Notes: a model not told the origin generated them from the letters alone. A stretch of DNA of 64,000 bases from Clostridia bacterium (GCA_048355915.1 DBGCHZ010000010.1:7406-71405); one strand, 5' to 3'; shown: positions 32,484 to 44,312, numbered from the stretch's first letter. A program made the numbers and translations.

Positions 32484-33254
32484 TTAAAGAATTGTCAATA
32501 TTTCTGGCTCTTTTTCTGTAATTAAAATTGTATTTTCATAATGAGCTGATAAACTTCCATCTTCTGTTATTATAGTCCAACCATCATCTAATTCCAATAT
32601 ATTAGGTTTTCCTTCTATTACCATTGGTTCTATTGCCAGTGTCATTCCTGGTTCTAATCTTATTCCTCTACCTGCTTTTCCATAGTTAGGAATTCCCGGA
32701 TCTTCATGCATTTGTCTACCTATTCCATGTCCTTGGAATTCTCTTACCACTGAATATCCTTGTGAATGAACAAATTCTCCGATTGCATGACATACATCAC
32801 CAATTCTGTTTCCTGGCTTAGCAAATTTTATTCCTTCAAAAAATGCTTGTTTTGTAACTTCTACCAATCTTTTTGCTTCTTTTGAAACATTTCCTACCAT
32901 AAAAGTTCTTGCTGCATCTCCATTAAAACCATTTTTTAAAGCTACTGTATCAACACTTACTATATCCCCATCTTTTATTATTTTATTTTTTGATGGTATT
33001 CCATGTATTACTTCATCATTTATAGATACACATATAGATGCTGGATATTTAGGAACACCTCTTATTCCTATGTCATATCCTTTTTCTGCTGGAATAGCTC
33101 CTAATTTTCTCATAGTTTTTTCTGCAATTTCATCTAATTCTAATGTAGTCATTCCTGGCTTTATTTTTTCTTCTAGTTCTTTATATGTTAAAGCTACTAC
33201 CCTGCAAGCTTCTCTCATTAGTTCAATTTCTTTCTTTGATTTTATTGTTACCAT
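32484..33254 (-). CDS. map: type I methionyl aminopeptidase
   Basis: Full-length Map homology. Confidence 0.95.
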   Translation of the reverse strand: MVTIKSKKEIELMREACRVVALTYKELEEKIKPGMTTLELDEIAEKTMRKLGAIPAEKGYDIGIRGVPKYPASICVSINDEVIHGIPSKNKIIKDGDIVSVDTVALKNGFNGDAARTFMVGNVSKEAKRLVEVTKQAFFEGIKFAKPGNRIGDVCHAIGEFVHSQGYSVVREFQGHGIGRQMHEDPGIPNYGKAGRGIRLEPGMTLAIEPMVIEGKPNILELDDGWTIITEDGSLSAHYENTILITEKEPEILTIL

Positions 33255-33432
33255 TTTATAATCCTTCTTTCTAATAAATTTAATATATTAAAATGAATCT
33301 ATTTAATTAATTTAAAGAAAATCAGTTTTACAAACATAAACATTAAAAAACTTATGCTTGTCCTATATCCTTTAATTTTCTTATACAATAAAATAAAGAG
33401 ATTTTATATTAGCTTTATTGTGCAAAGTTAAT

Positions 33433-34098
33433 TTATTTATTTTTTAATATATTTACTATATCTTCTGCTACATCTTTTCCTAATTTATTAACTGATTTAC
33501 TTACTAACTCTGTTTGTAATTTTCCTGCTTTTGTATAATATTCTACTAATGGACTTGTTTGGTCTATATAGTTTCTAAATCTTGATTTAACTGTTTCAAC
33601 ATTATCATCTGCCCTTTGAACCAATTCAGCTCCACACTTATCACATATATTTTCTTCTTTTGGTGGATTCAATATTAAATTATATACTGTTTTACATTCT
33701 TGATTAGAGCATACTCTTCTATTTACTATTCTTTCTATTATTTCTTCTTCTGGTGTTTCTAAGTTTATAACTATATCAACCTCTTTTCCTTCTTGTTTTA
33801 AAATTTCATCTAATGCTTCTGCTTGTTTAACTGTTCTTGGAAATCCGTCTAATATAATTCCTTTTTGTACATCATCTTGTTTCAATCTATCTTTTACTAT
33901 ATCAATTGTTACCTCATCTGGTACTAAATTTCCTTTTGATATATATTCATTTGCTAATTTTCCTAATTCTGTTTGCTCTTTTATATTTTTTCTAAATATA
34001 TCTCCTGTTGATACTTGCGGAATATCTAATTTTTCTGATAATATTCCTGCAACTGTTCCTTTACCAGTTCCTGGTGCTCCTAACATAATTATTGTCAT
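33433..34098 (-). CDS. adk: adenylate kinase (zinc lid type)
   Basis: MTIIMLGAPGTGKGT... and the lid C..C...CDKCG. Confidence 0.95.
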   Translation of the reverse strand: MTIIMLGAPGTGKGTVAGILSEKLDIPQVSTGDIFRKNIKEQTELGKLANEYISKGNLVPDEVTIDIVKDRLKQDDVQKGIILDGFPRTVKQAEALDEILKQEGKEVDIVINLETPEEEIIERIVNRRVCSNQECKTVYNLILNPPKEENICDKCGAELVQRADDNVETVKSRFRNYIDQTSPLVEYYTKAGKLQTELVSKSVNKLGKDVAEDIVNILKNK

Positions 34099-34331
34099 AT
34101 ATAACACTTCCTTCACTTTTGTTTTAGACATAATAGCCTTTTCAATATATAATATATATTTTTTTGATTATAGTATACATTGAAAAAGTTATTATCGCAA
34201 GTTTCTTTGAAATTTTTTGTTGATTTTAAAATTAATTTTATTTATAAGCTTAATTTAGTATTTTTATTTTAAATCCTGAAAATATTAAGATTTTCAAAAT
34301 CACTTATTAATAAAAAATAAATTTTGAATCG

Positions 34332-34370
34332 ATGATTTTTGTCTCCGACCCCAAAATCACAAAATCATCA
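34332..34370. repeat. copy b of the dispersed repeat ATGATTTTTGTCTCCGACCCCAAAATCACAAAATCA
   Basis: Nearly identical to 2604-2642. Confidence 0.8.
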
Positions 34371-34376
34371 GCTATA

Positions 34377-34422
34377 AAATCTTTTAGGGGAAAGAGTTTT
34401 CCTCTGTCCCCAAAAATCTTTT
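34377..34422. repeat. GGGG...CCCC hairpin element in the secY-adk spacer
   Basis: TTTTAGGGGAAAGAG-ttttc-CTCTGTCCCCAAAAA, an imperfect palindrome with no downstream U-run on the minus strand. Confidence 0.6.
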
Positions 34423-34429
34423 ACTTAAT

Positions 34430-35752
34430 TTATTTTTCCAAAAATCCTTTATAATGTCTCATTGCTAAGAATGATTCTAATTGTTGAACTGTTTCTAGCG
34501 CAACTCCTACAACGATTAAGATTGATGTTCCTCCAAATGCAACATTTAGATTTGTAAATCTCAATAACATTGGTAAAATTGCTATTACTGCTAAAAATAA
34601 TCCTCCAAAGAATGTTAATTTTGAAATTATTGATGATAAGTATTCTGTTGTTGGTTTTCCTGCTCTTATTCCAGGTATGAATCCACCATTTTTCTTAATA
34701 TTATTTGATACTTCTGCTGGATTGAATGTTGCATAAGTATAGAAGAATGTGAATCCTAATATTAATAGTAAATATACTATTGCATTTCCTATTGTATATC
34801 CAATTGGCACATTTGTTGTAGATGTTGCAATTGAAAATTTATATAGTCCTGCTAAAAATCCTGTTTGATTTGCTATGTCTTTTACAAATATTTGTATTAT
34901 CATAGCTGGAAATGTCATGAATGATGAAGCAAAAATTACTGGCATAACCCCTGCCATTGCAAGTTTTAATGGTATATGTGTATTTTGTGCTCCCACCATT
35001 TTTCTTCCAACAACTCTTTTTGAATATTGAACTGGTACTCTTCTTTCAGCTTGTTGTACAAATACAACTCCTGCTATTAAAATTATTGATCCTATTATCA
35101 TTCCCAAAGCTGTTAATAATCCCACTGTACTAAATCCTGATTCCGTCATAATTAATCCCCAAATACTTGTGATAGCACTTGGTAACTTTGAAACTATACC
35201 AACAAATATTAATAGTGAAATACCATTTCCTACTCCCTTGCTTGTGATTTGTTCTCCTAACCACATTAATATTGATGTTCCTGTAACAAGTCCTATTACT
35301 ACTAAAGCTCCTGTTAAGAAACTGTTATCAACAAATATTCCTGTTGATTTATATGAGAAATAGATTCCAATAGATTCAACTAATGCTAAAACTAATGTTA
35401 AAATCTTTGTATATTTATTGATTTTTTGTTTTCCTACTTCTCCTCCTTCTTTAGCTAATCTTTCTAAAGATGGAATTATAAATGTTAATAATTGAATAAC
35501 TATTGAAGCTGTAATATATGGACTTATTGACATTGCAAAAACAGAGAATCTTGAGAAGGCTCCTCCAGAAATTATATCAATTAATCCGGCAATGCCTTCT
35601 GTATTTCCCATTGCTTGGTTTAAAGCTATACTATCTACACCAGGTACTGTTATATAGCAACCTAGTCTAAATACAACTATTAATAACAATGTATATAATA
35701 ATCGTCTTCTTACATCAGGTGTCTTTAATGCGTTTTTTAATGTTTTAAACAA
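34430..35752 (-). CDS. secY: preprotein translocase subunit SecY
   Basis: Full-length SecY homology. Confidence 0.97.
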   Translation of the reverse strand: MFKTLKNALKTPDVRRRLLYTLLLIVVFRLGCYITVPGVDSIALNQAMGNTEGIAGLIDIISGGAFSRFSVFAMSISPYITASIVIQLLTFIIPSLERLAKEGGEVGKQKINKYTKILTLVLALVESIGIYFSYKSTGIFVDNSFLTGALVVIGLVTGTSILMWLGEQITSKGVGNGISLLIFVGIVSKLPSAITSIWGLIMTESGFSTVGLLTALGMIIGSIILIAGVVFVQQAERRVPVQYSKRVVGRKMVGAQNTHIPLKLAMAGVMPVIFASSFMTFPAMIIQIFVKDIANQTGFLAGLYKFSIATSTTNVPIGYTIGNAIVYLLLILGFTFFYTYATFNPAEVSNNIKKNGGFIPGIRAGKPTTEYLSSIISKLTFFGGLFLAVIAILPMLLRFTNLNVAFGGTSILIVVGVALETVQQLESFLAMRHYKGFLEK

Positions 35753-36187
35753 TTAAATCACCTCTGCCTTTCCACCTAAAGCTTCTATTTCTTCTTTTGC
35801 CTTAGCTGTAAATCTTTTAGCTTTAACATTTAATTTTTTCTCTAATTTTCCTGTTGCTAAAATTACTATACCATCGTTAGTTTTTCCAATTATTCCTTCT
35901 TCTAATAGAGTTTCAGCTGTAACATCTGTTGCTTTTGATTTATTTAACATTTTTAATGTTACTTCTGTATATGTTTTAGCGTGAATATTTGTGAATCCTC
36001 TTTTTGGTAATCTTCTATATAATGGTGTTTGTCCACCTTCAAATCCTCTTCTTACTCCACCACCAGATCTAGCTTTTTGACCTTTATGTCCTCTACCTGA
36101 TGTTTTTCCGTTACCTGAACTCATTCCACGACCTACTCTATTTCTTTTTACACTTTCTACGGCTGGTTTTAATTCGCTTAGTTTCAT
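35753..36187 (-). CDS. rplO: 50S ribosomal protein L15
   Basis: Homology and operon position. Confidence 0.97.
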   Translation of the reverse strand: MKLSELKPAVESVKRNRVGRGMSSGNGKTSGRGHKGQKARSGGGVRRGFEGGQTPLYRRLPKRGFTNIHAKTYTEVTLKMLNKSKATDVTAETLLEEGIIGKTNDGIVILATGKLEKKLNVKAKRFTAKAKEEIEALGGKAEVI

Positions 36188-36226
36188 TCTCGGTTAGCAC
36201 CTCCTTAATTTAATTGTCTAATTCTA

Positions 36227-36715
36227 TTATAAAATTTCTTCTACTTTTTTACCTCTTTTTTTAGCTACTTGTTCTATTGTTTGCATAGATTGTAAACCTT
36301 TTATTGTAGCATAAACAACGTTTCTTGGATTGTTTGTTCCAATAACTTTTGTTCTTATATTTTTATATCCTGCAAGTTCTAATACTGGTCTAACACTTCC
36401 TCCTGCTATAACTCCTGTACCAACTTCAGCTGGTTTTAACATTACTCTTGCACTACCAAATGCTCCAATATATTCATGAGGTACTGTTGTATTAACTATT
36501 GGTACTTCAACTAAATTCTTTTTAGCTTCTTGAATAGCTTTCTTTATAGCATCTGGAACTTCTGCTGCTTTACCATTTCCAACACCTACATGTCCGTTTT
36601 CATCACCAACAACTACTACTGCACTAAATCTAAAAGTTCTACCACCTTTAACAACTTTAGCAACTCTGTTGATAGCAACTACTTTTTCTTTTAATTCGTT
36701 ATTTCTTTCTTCCAT
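36227..36715 (-). CDS. rpsE: 30S ribosomal protein S5
   Basis: Homology and operon position. Confidence 0.97.
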   Translation of the reverse strand: MEERNNELKEKVVAINRVAKVVKGGRTFRFSAVVVVGDENGHVGVGNGKAAEVPDAIKKAIQEAKKNLVEVPIVNTTVPHEYIGAFGSARVMLKPAEVGTGVIAGGSVRPVLELAGYKNIRTKVIGTNNPRNVVYATIKGLQSMQTIEQVAKKRGKKVEEIL

Positions 36716-36787
36716 CGTTTAGTTTTTCCCTCCTTTAACTAATGTAAATAAACTTATATTAATTATATTAAATTTCGCGAATATTTA

Positions 36788-37147
36788 CTAGAATTTTAAT
36801 CCGCCTTCTCTTGCAGCTTCAGCTAATTCTTTAACTACACCATGATAAATATATCCACCACGGTCAAAAACTACTGTTTCAATATTTTTTTCTGCTGCTC
36901 TTTTTGCAATTAAAGTTCCAACTTCTTTAGCTGCTTCTTTATTTGCATATTTTACTTTTATTTCTTTATCTAATGTTGAGGCTTGTGTTAAAGTTTTTCC
37001 TGCAACATCATCGATTATTTGTACATATAAGTTTGTATTACTTCTATAAACACATAATCTTGGTCTTTCTGCTGTTCCAGATATTTTTCTTCTTACACGG
37101 ATATGTCTTCTTGTTCTTTCCATTTTTCTATCTGTTTTCTTTACCAT
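36788..37147 (-). CDS. rplR: 50S ribosomal protein L18
   Basis: Homology and operon position. Confidence 0.97.
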   Translation of the reverse strand: MVKKTDRKMERTRRHIRVRRKISGTAERPRLCVYRSNTNLYVQIIDDVAGKTLTQASTLDKEIKVKYANKEAAKEVGTLIAKRAAEKNIETVVFDRGGYIYHGVVKELAEAAREGGLKF

Positions 37148-37319
37148 TTCTATTCTCCTTTCTATAAATTCGAATCTTTATTTTTCATTTCTAATTTAAA
37201 CTAAATTTTACTTATTTTACATTTTAATGTTCTAAACAAAGTAATAACAATTATTACAAACTATCAACTTGATTAGTAAATTTAAACTGTGAAAAACGTA
37301 ATATTTAATTAAATTTATT

Positions 37320-37856
37320 TTATTTACCAGTTTTACCTTCTTTTCTTCTAATAACCTCATCAGCATATTTGATACCTTTACCTCTATATACTTCTGGTGG
37401 TCTTTTAGTTCTTATAACGGCTGCTGTTTGACCAACTAATTCTTTATCTATACCTTTTACTATAATTGTATTTGCATTTGGTACATCAAAAGTAATTCCT
37501 TCTGGTGCTTCGAATATTACTGGATGTGAATATCCTAATGTTAAGTTTAAGTCGTTTCCTTGTTTTGCAACTCTATAACCAACACCATTTATTTGTAATT
37601 CTTTACTATATGTTTCAGTAACACCAATTATCATATTGTTTATTAAAGTTCTTGTTAAACCATGTAAACTTCTATTTTGAGGTTCATCATTTTTTCTTAC
37701 AACTTTAATTGTGTTATCAGCCATTTCTAAAGATATATTTTTATGTATTTCTTTTTCTAATGTTCCTTTAGGTCCTGTTACAGTAACTTTTTGTCCATCA
37801 ATTTTAACTGTAACTTCAGCTGGTACTGTAATTGGTTTATTTCCTATTCTTGACAT
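37320..37856 (-). CDS. rplF: 50S ribosomal protein L6
   Basis: Homology and operon position. Confidence 0.97.
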   Translation of the reverse strand: MSRIGNKPITVPAEVTVKIDGQKVTVTGPKGTLEKEIHKNISLEMADNTIKVVRKNDEPQNRSLHGLTRTLINNMIIGVTETYSKELQINGVGYRVAKQGNDLNLTLGYSHPVIFEAPEGITFDVPNANTIIVKGIDKELVGQTAAVIRTKRPPEVYRGKGIKYADEVIRRKEGKTGK

Positions 37857-37882
37857 TTTAAAATTCCCTCCTTCTTTTTTTA

Positions 37883-38281
37883 TTACCAGATATATGCTAA
37901 TACTTCTCCACCGATTCCTAATTCTCTTGCTTCTTTATCTGTTTTTAATCCTTTAGATGTAGAAATTATAGCTATTCCTAATCCATTAAGAACTTTTGGT
38001 AATTCTTCCTTAGAAGCATATACTCTTAATCCTGGTTTACTAATTCTTTTTAATCCGTCTATTACTCTTGTTCCTTTTTCGTCATATTTTAATGTTACTC
38101 TTATTATTCCTTGAGCATCATCTTTTATTTCTTCGAAAGATTTTATATATCCTTCTCTAAATAATATTTCAGCTATACCTAATTTCATTTTTGATGATGG
38201 TATATCAACTGTTTTATGTTTTGAACTATTTGCATTTCTTATTCTTGTTAACATATCTGCAATTGGATCTGTAATGTTCAT
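37883..38281 (-). CDS. rpsH: 30S ribosomal protein S8
   Basis: Homology and operon position. Confidence 0.97.
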   Translation of the reverse strand: MNITDPIADMLTRIRNANSSKHKTVDIPSSKMKLGIAEILFREGYIKSFEEIKDDAQGIIRVTLKYDEKGTRVIDGLKRISKPGLRVYASKEELPKVLNGLGIAIISTSKGLKTDKEARELGIGGEVLAYIW

Positions 38282-38374
38282 TTATTACTTCCCTCCTTCT
38301 TCTTTTTTGTATGTCTTAGATAAATCTTATTATTTCATCTAAATATATTTTTCTTTATACTAATTTAATTAATT

Positions 38375-38560
38375 TTACCAGCTTGCTTTTTTAACTCCTG
38401 GTATTTCTCCTTTATGTGCCAATTCTCTAAAACAAACTCTGCATATTCCATATTTTCTTATATATGCATGTGGTCTTCCACATAATTTACATCTATTATA
38501 TTCTCTAGTTTTATATTTTTGTGGTCTAGCTTGTTTTATCTTCATAGATTTCTTAGCCAT
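38375..38560 (-). CDS. rpsN: 30S ribosomal protein S14 type Z (zinc-binding)
   Basis: 61 aa with CKLCGR...CRVCFR. Confidence 0.95.
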   Translation of the reverse strand: MAKKSMKIKQARPQKYKTREYNRCKLCGRPHAYIRKYGICRVCFRELAHKGEIPGVKKASW

Positions 38561-38602
38561 ATTTTTATTATCTCCTTCCTCAAAAATCTTTACCGTTTAA
38601 AG

Positions 38603-39142
38603 TTAAGCTTTGAAAGGCATTCCCATTAATTTTAATAACTCTTTCGCTTCTTCGTCTGATTCAGCTGTTGTTACAAATATAATATCCATACCTCTTAATT
38701 TATCAACTTTATCATATTCGATTTCAGGGAATATTAATTGTTCTTTTATACCCATAGCATAGTTTCCTCTCCCGTCAAAAGAATTTGCTGATACTCCTCT
38801 AAAATCTCTAACTCTTGGAAGTGCTACATTAAATAGTTTGTAAACAAAATCATACATTTTATCTGCTCTTAATGTTACTTTACAACCTACATTAACACCT
38901 TCTCTTAATTTGAATGCTGCTATTGATTTTTTAGCTTTTGTTACTATTGGTTTTTGACCTGTAATTTGTACTAAATCATTCATAGCATTTTCTAATGATT
39001 TAGGATTTTCTTTTACATCTCCTAAACCTATATTTATAACTATTTTATCAAGCTTTGGAACTTGCATAACAGATTTATATCCGAATTTTTTCATTAATGC
39101 TGGGATTACTTCTTTTTCATATTGTTCTCTTAATTTTTCCAT
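38603..39142 (-). CDS. rplE: 50S ribosomal protein L5
   Basis: Homology and operon position. Confidence 0.97.
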   Translation of the reverse strand: MEKLREQYEKEVIPALMKKFGYKSVMQVPKLDKIVINIGLGDVKENPKSLENAMNDLVQITGQKPIVTKAKKSIAAFKLREGVNVGCKVTLRADKMYDFVYKLFNVALPRVRDFRGVSANSFDGRGNYAMGIKEQLIFPEIEYDKVDKLRGMDIIFVTTAESDEEAKELLKLMGMPFKA

Positions 39143-39161
39143 TTATATTAATCCTCCTTTC

Positions 39162-39470
39162 TTATTTTAATTCTGCTCCGCATTTTTTACAAATACGAAC
39201 TTTTTTATCTTTATCTTCTTTATATCCTATTTTTGTAGCTTTTCCACATTTTGAGCAAACTATATTTACTTTTGATGATGGAATAGCGCATTCTACTGAT
39301 ATAATTCCGCTTTCATCTCCTTGTTTTCTAGCTTTAACGTGTTTTTTTCTAACATTAACGCCTTTAACGATGATTTTATCAGCTTTTGGAATTACTTCTA
39401 ATACTTCTCCAGTTTTACCCTTATCATTTCCAGATAATACTTGAACGTTATCACCTTTTTTTATTCTCAT
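39162..39470 (-). CDS. rplX: 50S ribosomal protein L24
   Basis: MRIKKGDNVQVLSGNDKGKTGEV. Confidence 0.95.
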   Translation of the reverse strand: MRIKKGDNVQVLSGNDKGKTGEVLEVIPKADKIIVKGVNVRKKHVKARKQGDESGIISVECAIPSSKVNIVCSKCGKATKIGYKEDKDKKVRICKKCGAELK

Positions 39471-39505
39471 TAGAGATTGCCTCCTTTTCTTCTATTTTAC
39501 TATTT

Positions 39506-39874
39506 TTATAAAACTTCTGGAGCTAAAGACAATATTTTCATGTAGTCTTTTTCTCTTAATTCTCTTGCAACTGGTCCAAAGATACGAGTTCCTTTTGGAG
39601 TTCCGTCTTCTTTTATTATTACAGCTGCATTTTCATCAAATTTTATATATGAACCATCTGCTCTTCTTAGACCTTTTTTAGATCTAACAACAACAGCTTT
39701 TACAACATCACCTTTTTTAACAACGCCTCCTGGTGTTGCTGATTTAACAGAAGCAACTATTACATCTCCGATGTTACATGTTTTTCTAAAAGAACCACCT
39801 AAACATCTAATACACATAATTTCTTTTGCACCTGTGTTATCTGCTACTTTTAATCTTGTTTGTTGTTGTATCAT
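39506..39874 (-). CDS. rplN: 50S ribosomal protein L14
   Basis: [18 protein letters not shown]. Confidence 0.97.
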   Translation of the reverse strand: MIQQQTRLKVADNTGAKEIMCIRCLGGSFRKTCNIGDVIVASVKSATPGGVVKKGDVVKAVVVRSKKGLRRADGSYIKFDENAAVIIKEDGTPKGTRIFGPVARELREKDYMKILSLAPEVL

Positions 39875-39916
39875 TTTTTGGTTCCTCCCTTCTTATCATT
39901 TCATTTATTTATTATC

Positions 39917-40180
39917 TTATTTAATATCTGCTTTTTCTAAAACTTCAACTACTCTCCATCTTTTATCTTTAGAAAGTGGTCTAGTTTCCATTACTTTTAC
40001 TTTATCTCCAATTTGACAAACATTTTCTTCGTCATGAGCTTTTAAAGTATATGTTCTTTTTACTGTTTTACCATATGTGTTATGTCTAACACTTGTTTGT
40101 ACTGCTACTACAACTGTTTTATCCATTTTGTTTGATTTAACAGTTCCTACCATAACTTTACGAAGATTTCTTTCTTCCAT
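39917..40180 (-). CDS. rpsQ: 30S ribosomal protein S17
   Basis: Homology and operon position. Confidence 0.95.
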   Translation of the reverse strand: MEERNLRKVMVGTVKSNKMDKTVVVAVQTSVRHNTYGKTVKRTYTLKAHDEENVCQIGDKVKVMETRPLSKDKRWRVVEVLEKADIK

Positions 40181-40204
40181 TTAGATTTCTCCTTTCTTAA
40201 TAGC

Positions 40205-40420
40205 TTATGCCTTTTTTGTTTCTGCTATTTTTCTTTCTGTTAATACAGTATTTATTTTAGCTATATCTTTTTTTACTTCTTTTATTTTCATTGGATTGTC
40301 TAATCCGTTTGTAGCTAAACTAAATTTTAATTTGAATAATTCTGTTTTTAGTTCACCTAATTCTTTTTCTAAATCTGGTGAAGACATTTCTCTTATTTTA
40401 TTTATCTTCATCATTTTCAC
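40205..40420 (-). CDS. rpmC: 50S ribosomal protein L29 (start uncertain among clustered ATGs)
   Basis: Homology. Overlaps the rplP 3' end. Confidence 0.9.
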   Translation of the reverse strand: MKMMKINKIREMSSPDLEKELGELKTELFKLKFSLATNGLDNPMKIKEVKKDIAKINTVLTERKIAETKKA

Positions 40421-40841
40421 CTACCTTTTCAGTTTCTCTTGCTACAAATTTTGTTTTATTAGGTAGTTTGTTCATAGCAAGTCTTAATGCTTCTCTTGCA
40501 GTTTCTTCAGGAACTCCAGATATTTCAAACATAACTCTTCCTGGTTTTACAACTGCTACCCAATATTCAGGAGCACCTTTACCTTTACCCATACGAGTAC
40601 CGATTGGTTTTGATGTTATTGGTTTGTCTGGGAATATTTTAATCCAAACTTTTCCACCTCTTTTTATATAACGAGTCATAGCAATACGAGCTGCTTCTAT
40701 TTGGTTACCTGTGATTAATCCAGCTGTAACTGCTTGGATTCCGTATTCACCATCTGTAACTTTATTTCCTCTTGTTGCTTTTCCTCTCATTCTACCTTTT
40801 TGCATTTTTCTAAATTTTGATCTTTTTGGCATTAATGGCAT
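40398..40841 (-). CDS. rplP: 50S ribosomal protein L16
   Basis: [20 protein letters not shown]. Confidence 0.97.
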   Translation of the reverse strand: MPLMPKRSKFRKMQKGRMRGKATRGNKVTDGEYGIQAVTAGLITGNQIEAARIAMTRYIKRGGKVWIKIFPDKPITSKPIGTRMGKGKGAPEYWVAVVKPGRVMFEISGVPEETAREALRLAMNKLPNKTKFVARETEKVGENDEDK

Positions 40842-41497
40842 TATTTGTCTCCTCCTTCCATTTTCTTTGCAGGAAGAACTTCTCCTTTATATATCCAAAC
40901 TTTTACACCGATTTTTCCATATGTTGTATCTGCTTCTGCAAATCCATAATCAATATCAGCTCTTAAAGTTTGTAGTGGTATATTACCTTCTTTGTAGAAT
41001 TCAGTTCTAGCCATGTCTGCTCCACCTAATCTTCCTGATACTGCAGTTTTTATACCTAAAGCTCCAGCTTTCATAGATTTTTGCATACATTGTTTCATAG
41101 CTCTTCTGAATGAAATTCTTCTTTCTAATTGTCCAGCAATATTTTCTGCAACTAATTGTGCATCTGTATCAATATTTTTAACTTCTACAATGTTTAAGTT
41201 AACATCTTTTCCTATTAATTTTGCTACTTCAGCTTTTAAGCTTTCAGCTCCAGCTCCACCTTTTCCAATTACAATTCCTGGTTTTGCTGTATATAAATTT
41301 ATTTTTACTAATTTTGCTGTTCTTTCAATTTCTATTTTAGAAATTCCAGCTGCGTATAATTTTTTCTTTAAAAATTTACGGATTTTTTGGTCTTCTACTA
41401 AATAATTTGCAAAGTCTTTAGAATCTGCATACCATTTAGAGTTCCAATCTTTTATTATACCAACTCTAACACCTGTTGGATGTACTTTTTGTCCCAT
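40841..41497 (-). CDS. rpsC: 30S ribosomal protein S3
   Basis: [24 protein letters not shown]. Confidence 0.97.
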   Translation of the reverse strand: MGQKVHPTGVRVGIIKDWNSKWYADSKDFANYLVEDQKIRKFLKKKLYAAGISKIEIERTAKLVKINLYTAKPGIVIGKGGAGAESLKAEVAKLIGKDVNLNIVEVKNIDTDAQLVAENIAGQLERRISFRRAMKQCMQKSMKAGALGIKTAVSGRLGGADMARTEFYKEGNIPLQTLRADIDYGFAEADTTYGKIGVKVWIYKGEVLPAKKMEGGDK

Positions 41498-41520
41498 GGT
41501 CTTTTAAAACCTCCTATCTT

Positions 41521-41880
41521 CTATTTTTCTTTTACTACTATTGTTATATGACTTGTTCTTTTTCTTATTCTTACAGCTGAACCTTTTGCAGCAGGTCTTA
41601 TTCTTTTAAGTGTTGGACCTTGGTTTGCATAGATTTCAGCAACGTATAAGTTCTCATGTTTCATATTATGATTATTTTCAGCATTAGCAATTGCTGATTT
41701 TAATAATTTTTCTATAATTTCTGATGATGCTTTTGGTGTGAATTTTACGATTGCTAAAGCTTCATCAACATTTTTTCCTCTTATTAAGTCTGCAACTATT
41801 TTTACTTTTCTAGCTGATATTCTTGTATATTTAAGAGTTGCTTTAGCTTCGTTTACTACTACTGTTTCTTGCTCTTGCAC
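41521..41880 (-). CDS. rplV: 50S ribosomal protein L22 (GTG start)
   Basis: Homology and operon position. Confidence 0.95.
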   Translation of the reverse strand: MQEQETVVVNEAKATLKYTRISARKVKIVADLIRGKNVDEALAIVKFTPKASSEIIEKLLKSAIANAENNHNMKHENLYVAEIYANQGPTLKRIRPAAKGSAVRIRKRTSHITIVVKEK

Positions 41881-41912
41881 TTCATTCTCCTCCTTTTTCT
41901 AGGTCGTACCCT

Positions 41913-41932
41913 TGGGGAATTATCATTCCCCA
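41913..41932. repeat. TGGGGAAT-tatc-ATTCCCCA hairpin in the enlarged rpsS-rplV spacer
   Basis: Perfect 8-bp GC-rich stem in an otherwise AT-rich 100-nt spacer. Confidence 0.6.
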
Positions 41933-41980
41933 CTAGCATATTATTAGACCTTTTTTATAGTATATAATACCGATTATATT

Positions 41981-42262
41981 TTATTTTTTAACTTTAGTTG
42001 TCTTTTCTCCTGCATGACCTTTATATGTTCTTGTAGGAGCAAATTCACCTAATTTATGACCAATCATTTCTTCTGTAATATAGATTGGAACATGTTTTCT
42101 TCCATCATGTACAGCTATTGTATGACCAACCATTTGTGGATATATTGTTGAAGCTCTTGACCATGTCTTTAAAACTTCTTTAGCTCCTGTTTCATTCATA
42201 GCTTCTACTCTTTTTAATAATTCAGGTGCTACAAATGGTATTTTTTTGCTTGATCTTGACAT
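41981..42262 (-). CDS. rpsS: 30S ribosomal protein S19
   Basis: Homology and operon position. Confidence 0.97.
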   Translation of the reverse strand: MSRSSKKIPFVAPELLKRVEAMNETGAKEVLKTWSRASTIYPQMVGHTIAVHDGRKHVPIYITEEMIGHKLGEFAPTRTYKGHAGEKTTKVKK

Positions 42263-42327
42263 TTAAGTTTCCTCCTTTTCTAGGGCTATAATTTGTTATA
42301 ACATAAAACAATTTAACCCATAAAATT

Positions 42328-43155
42328 CTATTTTCTTCTCTTAACGATAAATTTATTTGATAATTTCTTTTTATTTCTTGTTTTGTATCCAAGAGCTGGT
42401 TTACCCCAAGGAGTAAGTGGTCCAGCGTGTCCAATTGGTGCTCTACCTTCACCACCACCATGAGGGTGATCTACTGGGTTCATTACAGAACCTCTAACTG
42501 TTGGTCTAACTCCCATATGTCTTTTTCTACCAGCTTTACCAATTTTTAAGTTTTCATGGTCGCTATTTCCTATTACACCGATTGTTGCTCTACATTTTGC
42601 TAAAATTAATCTCATTTCTCCAGAAGGTAATCTTACGTGTGCGTATTTTCCTTCTTTAGCCATTAATTGAGCACTTTGTCCAGCAGCTTTTACTAATTTT
42701 CCACCTTGTCCTGGATTTAATTCGATATTATGAATTAATGTACCTACTGGTATAGCATTTATTGGCATACAGTTTCCTGGTTTAATATCAGCTGTTTCTC
42801 CTGATACTACTTTATCTCCATCTGTTAATCCTTGTGGTGCTAATATATATGCTTTTTCTCCATCTTCATATTGAATTAAAGCTATATTTGCACTTCTGTT
42901 TGGATCATACTCGATACCAATAACTTGTGCTTCCATATTGTCTTTTCTTCTTTTAAAATCTATTATTCTATATTTTTGTCTGTTTCCACCACCTTGGTGT
43001 CTTACAGTTATTCTTCCATATGAGTTTCTACCTGCATTTTTCTTTTTCTTTGCAAGTAATGATTTTTCAGGAGTTTTCTTTGTTATTTCTGCAAAATCTG
43101 AAACTGTCATATTTCTTCTTGATGGTGTATATGGTTTAAAATGTTTCATTCCCAT
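42328..43155 (-). CDS. rplB: 50S ribosomal protein L2
   Basis: Homology and operon position. Confidence 0.97.
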   Translation of the reverse strand: MGMKHFKPYTPSRRNMTVSDFAEITKKTPEKSLLAKKKKNAGRNSYGRITVRHQGGGNRQKYRIIDFKRRKDNMEAQVIGIEYDPNRSANIALIQYEDGEKAYILAPQGLTDGDKVVSGETADIKPGNCMPINAIPVGTLIHNIELNPGQGGKLVKAAGQSAQLMAKEGKYAHVRLPSGEMRLILAKCRATIGVIGNSDHENLKIGKAGRKRHMGVRPTVRGSVMNPVDHPHGGGEGRAPIGHAGPLTPWGKPALGYKTRNKKKLSNKFIVKRRK

Positions 43156-43321
43156 TTTTGATTCTCTCCTTATTTATTATTTGATAGACTTTTTCCTGCT
43201 CTATCTTGCAGATATTCTTTATTATCCGAGTTGTTTCTCGATATTTCTTATTTAATATCGTTTTCCTTTCCACACTCTATTATTTCTTTATATTAAATGT
43301 GGTAAAACGATTTTTTGTTTA

Positions 43322-43669
43322 CTAAGCTCCCATAAATTCTTCGATTGAATCTTTATATTTCTTAGAAGCTTTAACTTGTTTTCCACCTTTTGTTAAGTAA
43401 GTTTCTTCTGTTGGATTTGTATCAATAGTAACTATTGCTTTTTTCCAGTCAGATGTTTTACCTACATGGTATCCAACTCTTTTTTTCTTTCCGTTTACTT
43501 TCATTGTATTAACTTTTAATACTTTAACTTCAAAAAGTTTTTCAACAGCTTTTGCTATTTCAACTTTTGTTGCTTTTTTATTTACTTTGAAAGTGTATTT
43601 ACCTTCTTGTAATTGGTCATTACTTTTTTCAGTAACAACTGGTGCTATTATTATTTCTTCTGGTAACAT
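43322..43669 (-). CDS. rplW: 50S ribosomal protein L23
   Basis: Homology and operon position. Confidence 0.95.
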   Translation of the reverse strand: MLPEEIIIAPVVTEKSNDQLQEGKYTFKVNKKATKVEIAKAVEKLFEVKVLKVNTMKVNGKKKRVGYHVGKTSDWKKAIVTIDTNPTEETYLTKGGKQVKASKKYKDSIEEFMGA

Positions 43670-44292
43670 TATGCGTACACCTCCTCTAATTTCTTAACAG
43701 TATCTACTGGTAAAATTAGATTTGTATATTTTAATAAATCAAATATGTTTATGTTGTTAGCAACTATTGTTTTAACTCCTTCAATATTTCTTGATGACAT
43801 TAAAACATTTTTATTGTTTTCTGGAAGAATTATTAATGTTTTTCCTTCAACTTTCATATCTGCTAATGCTTTAACCATAGTTTTTGTTTTGATTTCTTTT
43901 ATTTCTAATTTATCAACTACTGTTAATTCTTTTTCTAATACTTTAGAACTTAATACTGATCTAATAGCAAGTCTTCTTTCTTTTTTATTAACTGTATATT
44001 TGTATGAACGAGGTTTTGGTCCTAATGCAATACCACCTTTAATCCATTGTGGAGCTCTTATAGAACCTTGTCTTGCTCTACCTGTTCCTTTTTGTCTCCA
44101 TGGTTTTCTACCACCACCTGAAACTTCTGCTCTTGTTTTTGTACTTTGAGTACCTTGTCTTTGATTAGCTAAATAATTTACTAATACACTGTGAACTATT
44201 GCTTCATTTGGTTCAATTCCAAATACGCTTTCTGCTAATTCTATATCACTTACTTTTTTACCTTTCATGTCTAATACATCTACTTTTGGCAT
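43669..44292 (-). CDS. rplD: 50S ribosomal protein L4
   Basis: Homology and operon position. Confidence 0.97.
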   Translation of the reverse strand: MPKVDVLDMKGKKVSDIELAESVFGIEPNEAIVHSVLVNYLANQRQGTQSTKTRAEVSGGGRKPWRQKGTGRARQGSIRAPQWIKGGIALGPKPRSYKYTVNKKERRLAIRSVLSSKVLEKELTVVDKLEIKEIKTKTMVKALADMKVEGKTLIILPENNKNVLMSSRNIEGVKTIVANNINIFDLLKYTNLILPVDTVKKLEEVYA

Positions 44293-44312
44293 TTCTTTCT
44301 TCCTCCTTCCTT

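Noticed and set aside
42222-42461. Same-strand ORFs overlapping rplB/rpsS (42222-42461) and rplC (44423-44623)
   Set aside because: They are alternative frames of highly conserved ribosomal protein genes and have no independent support.
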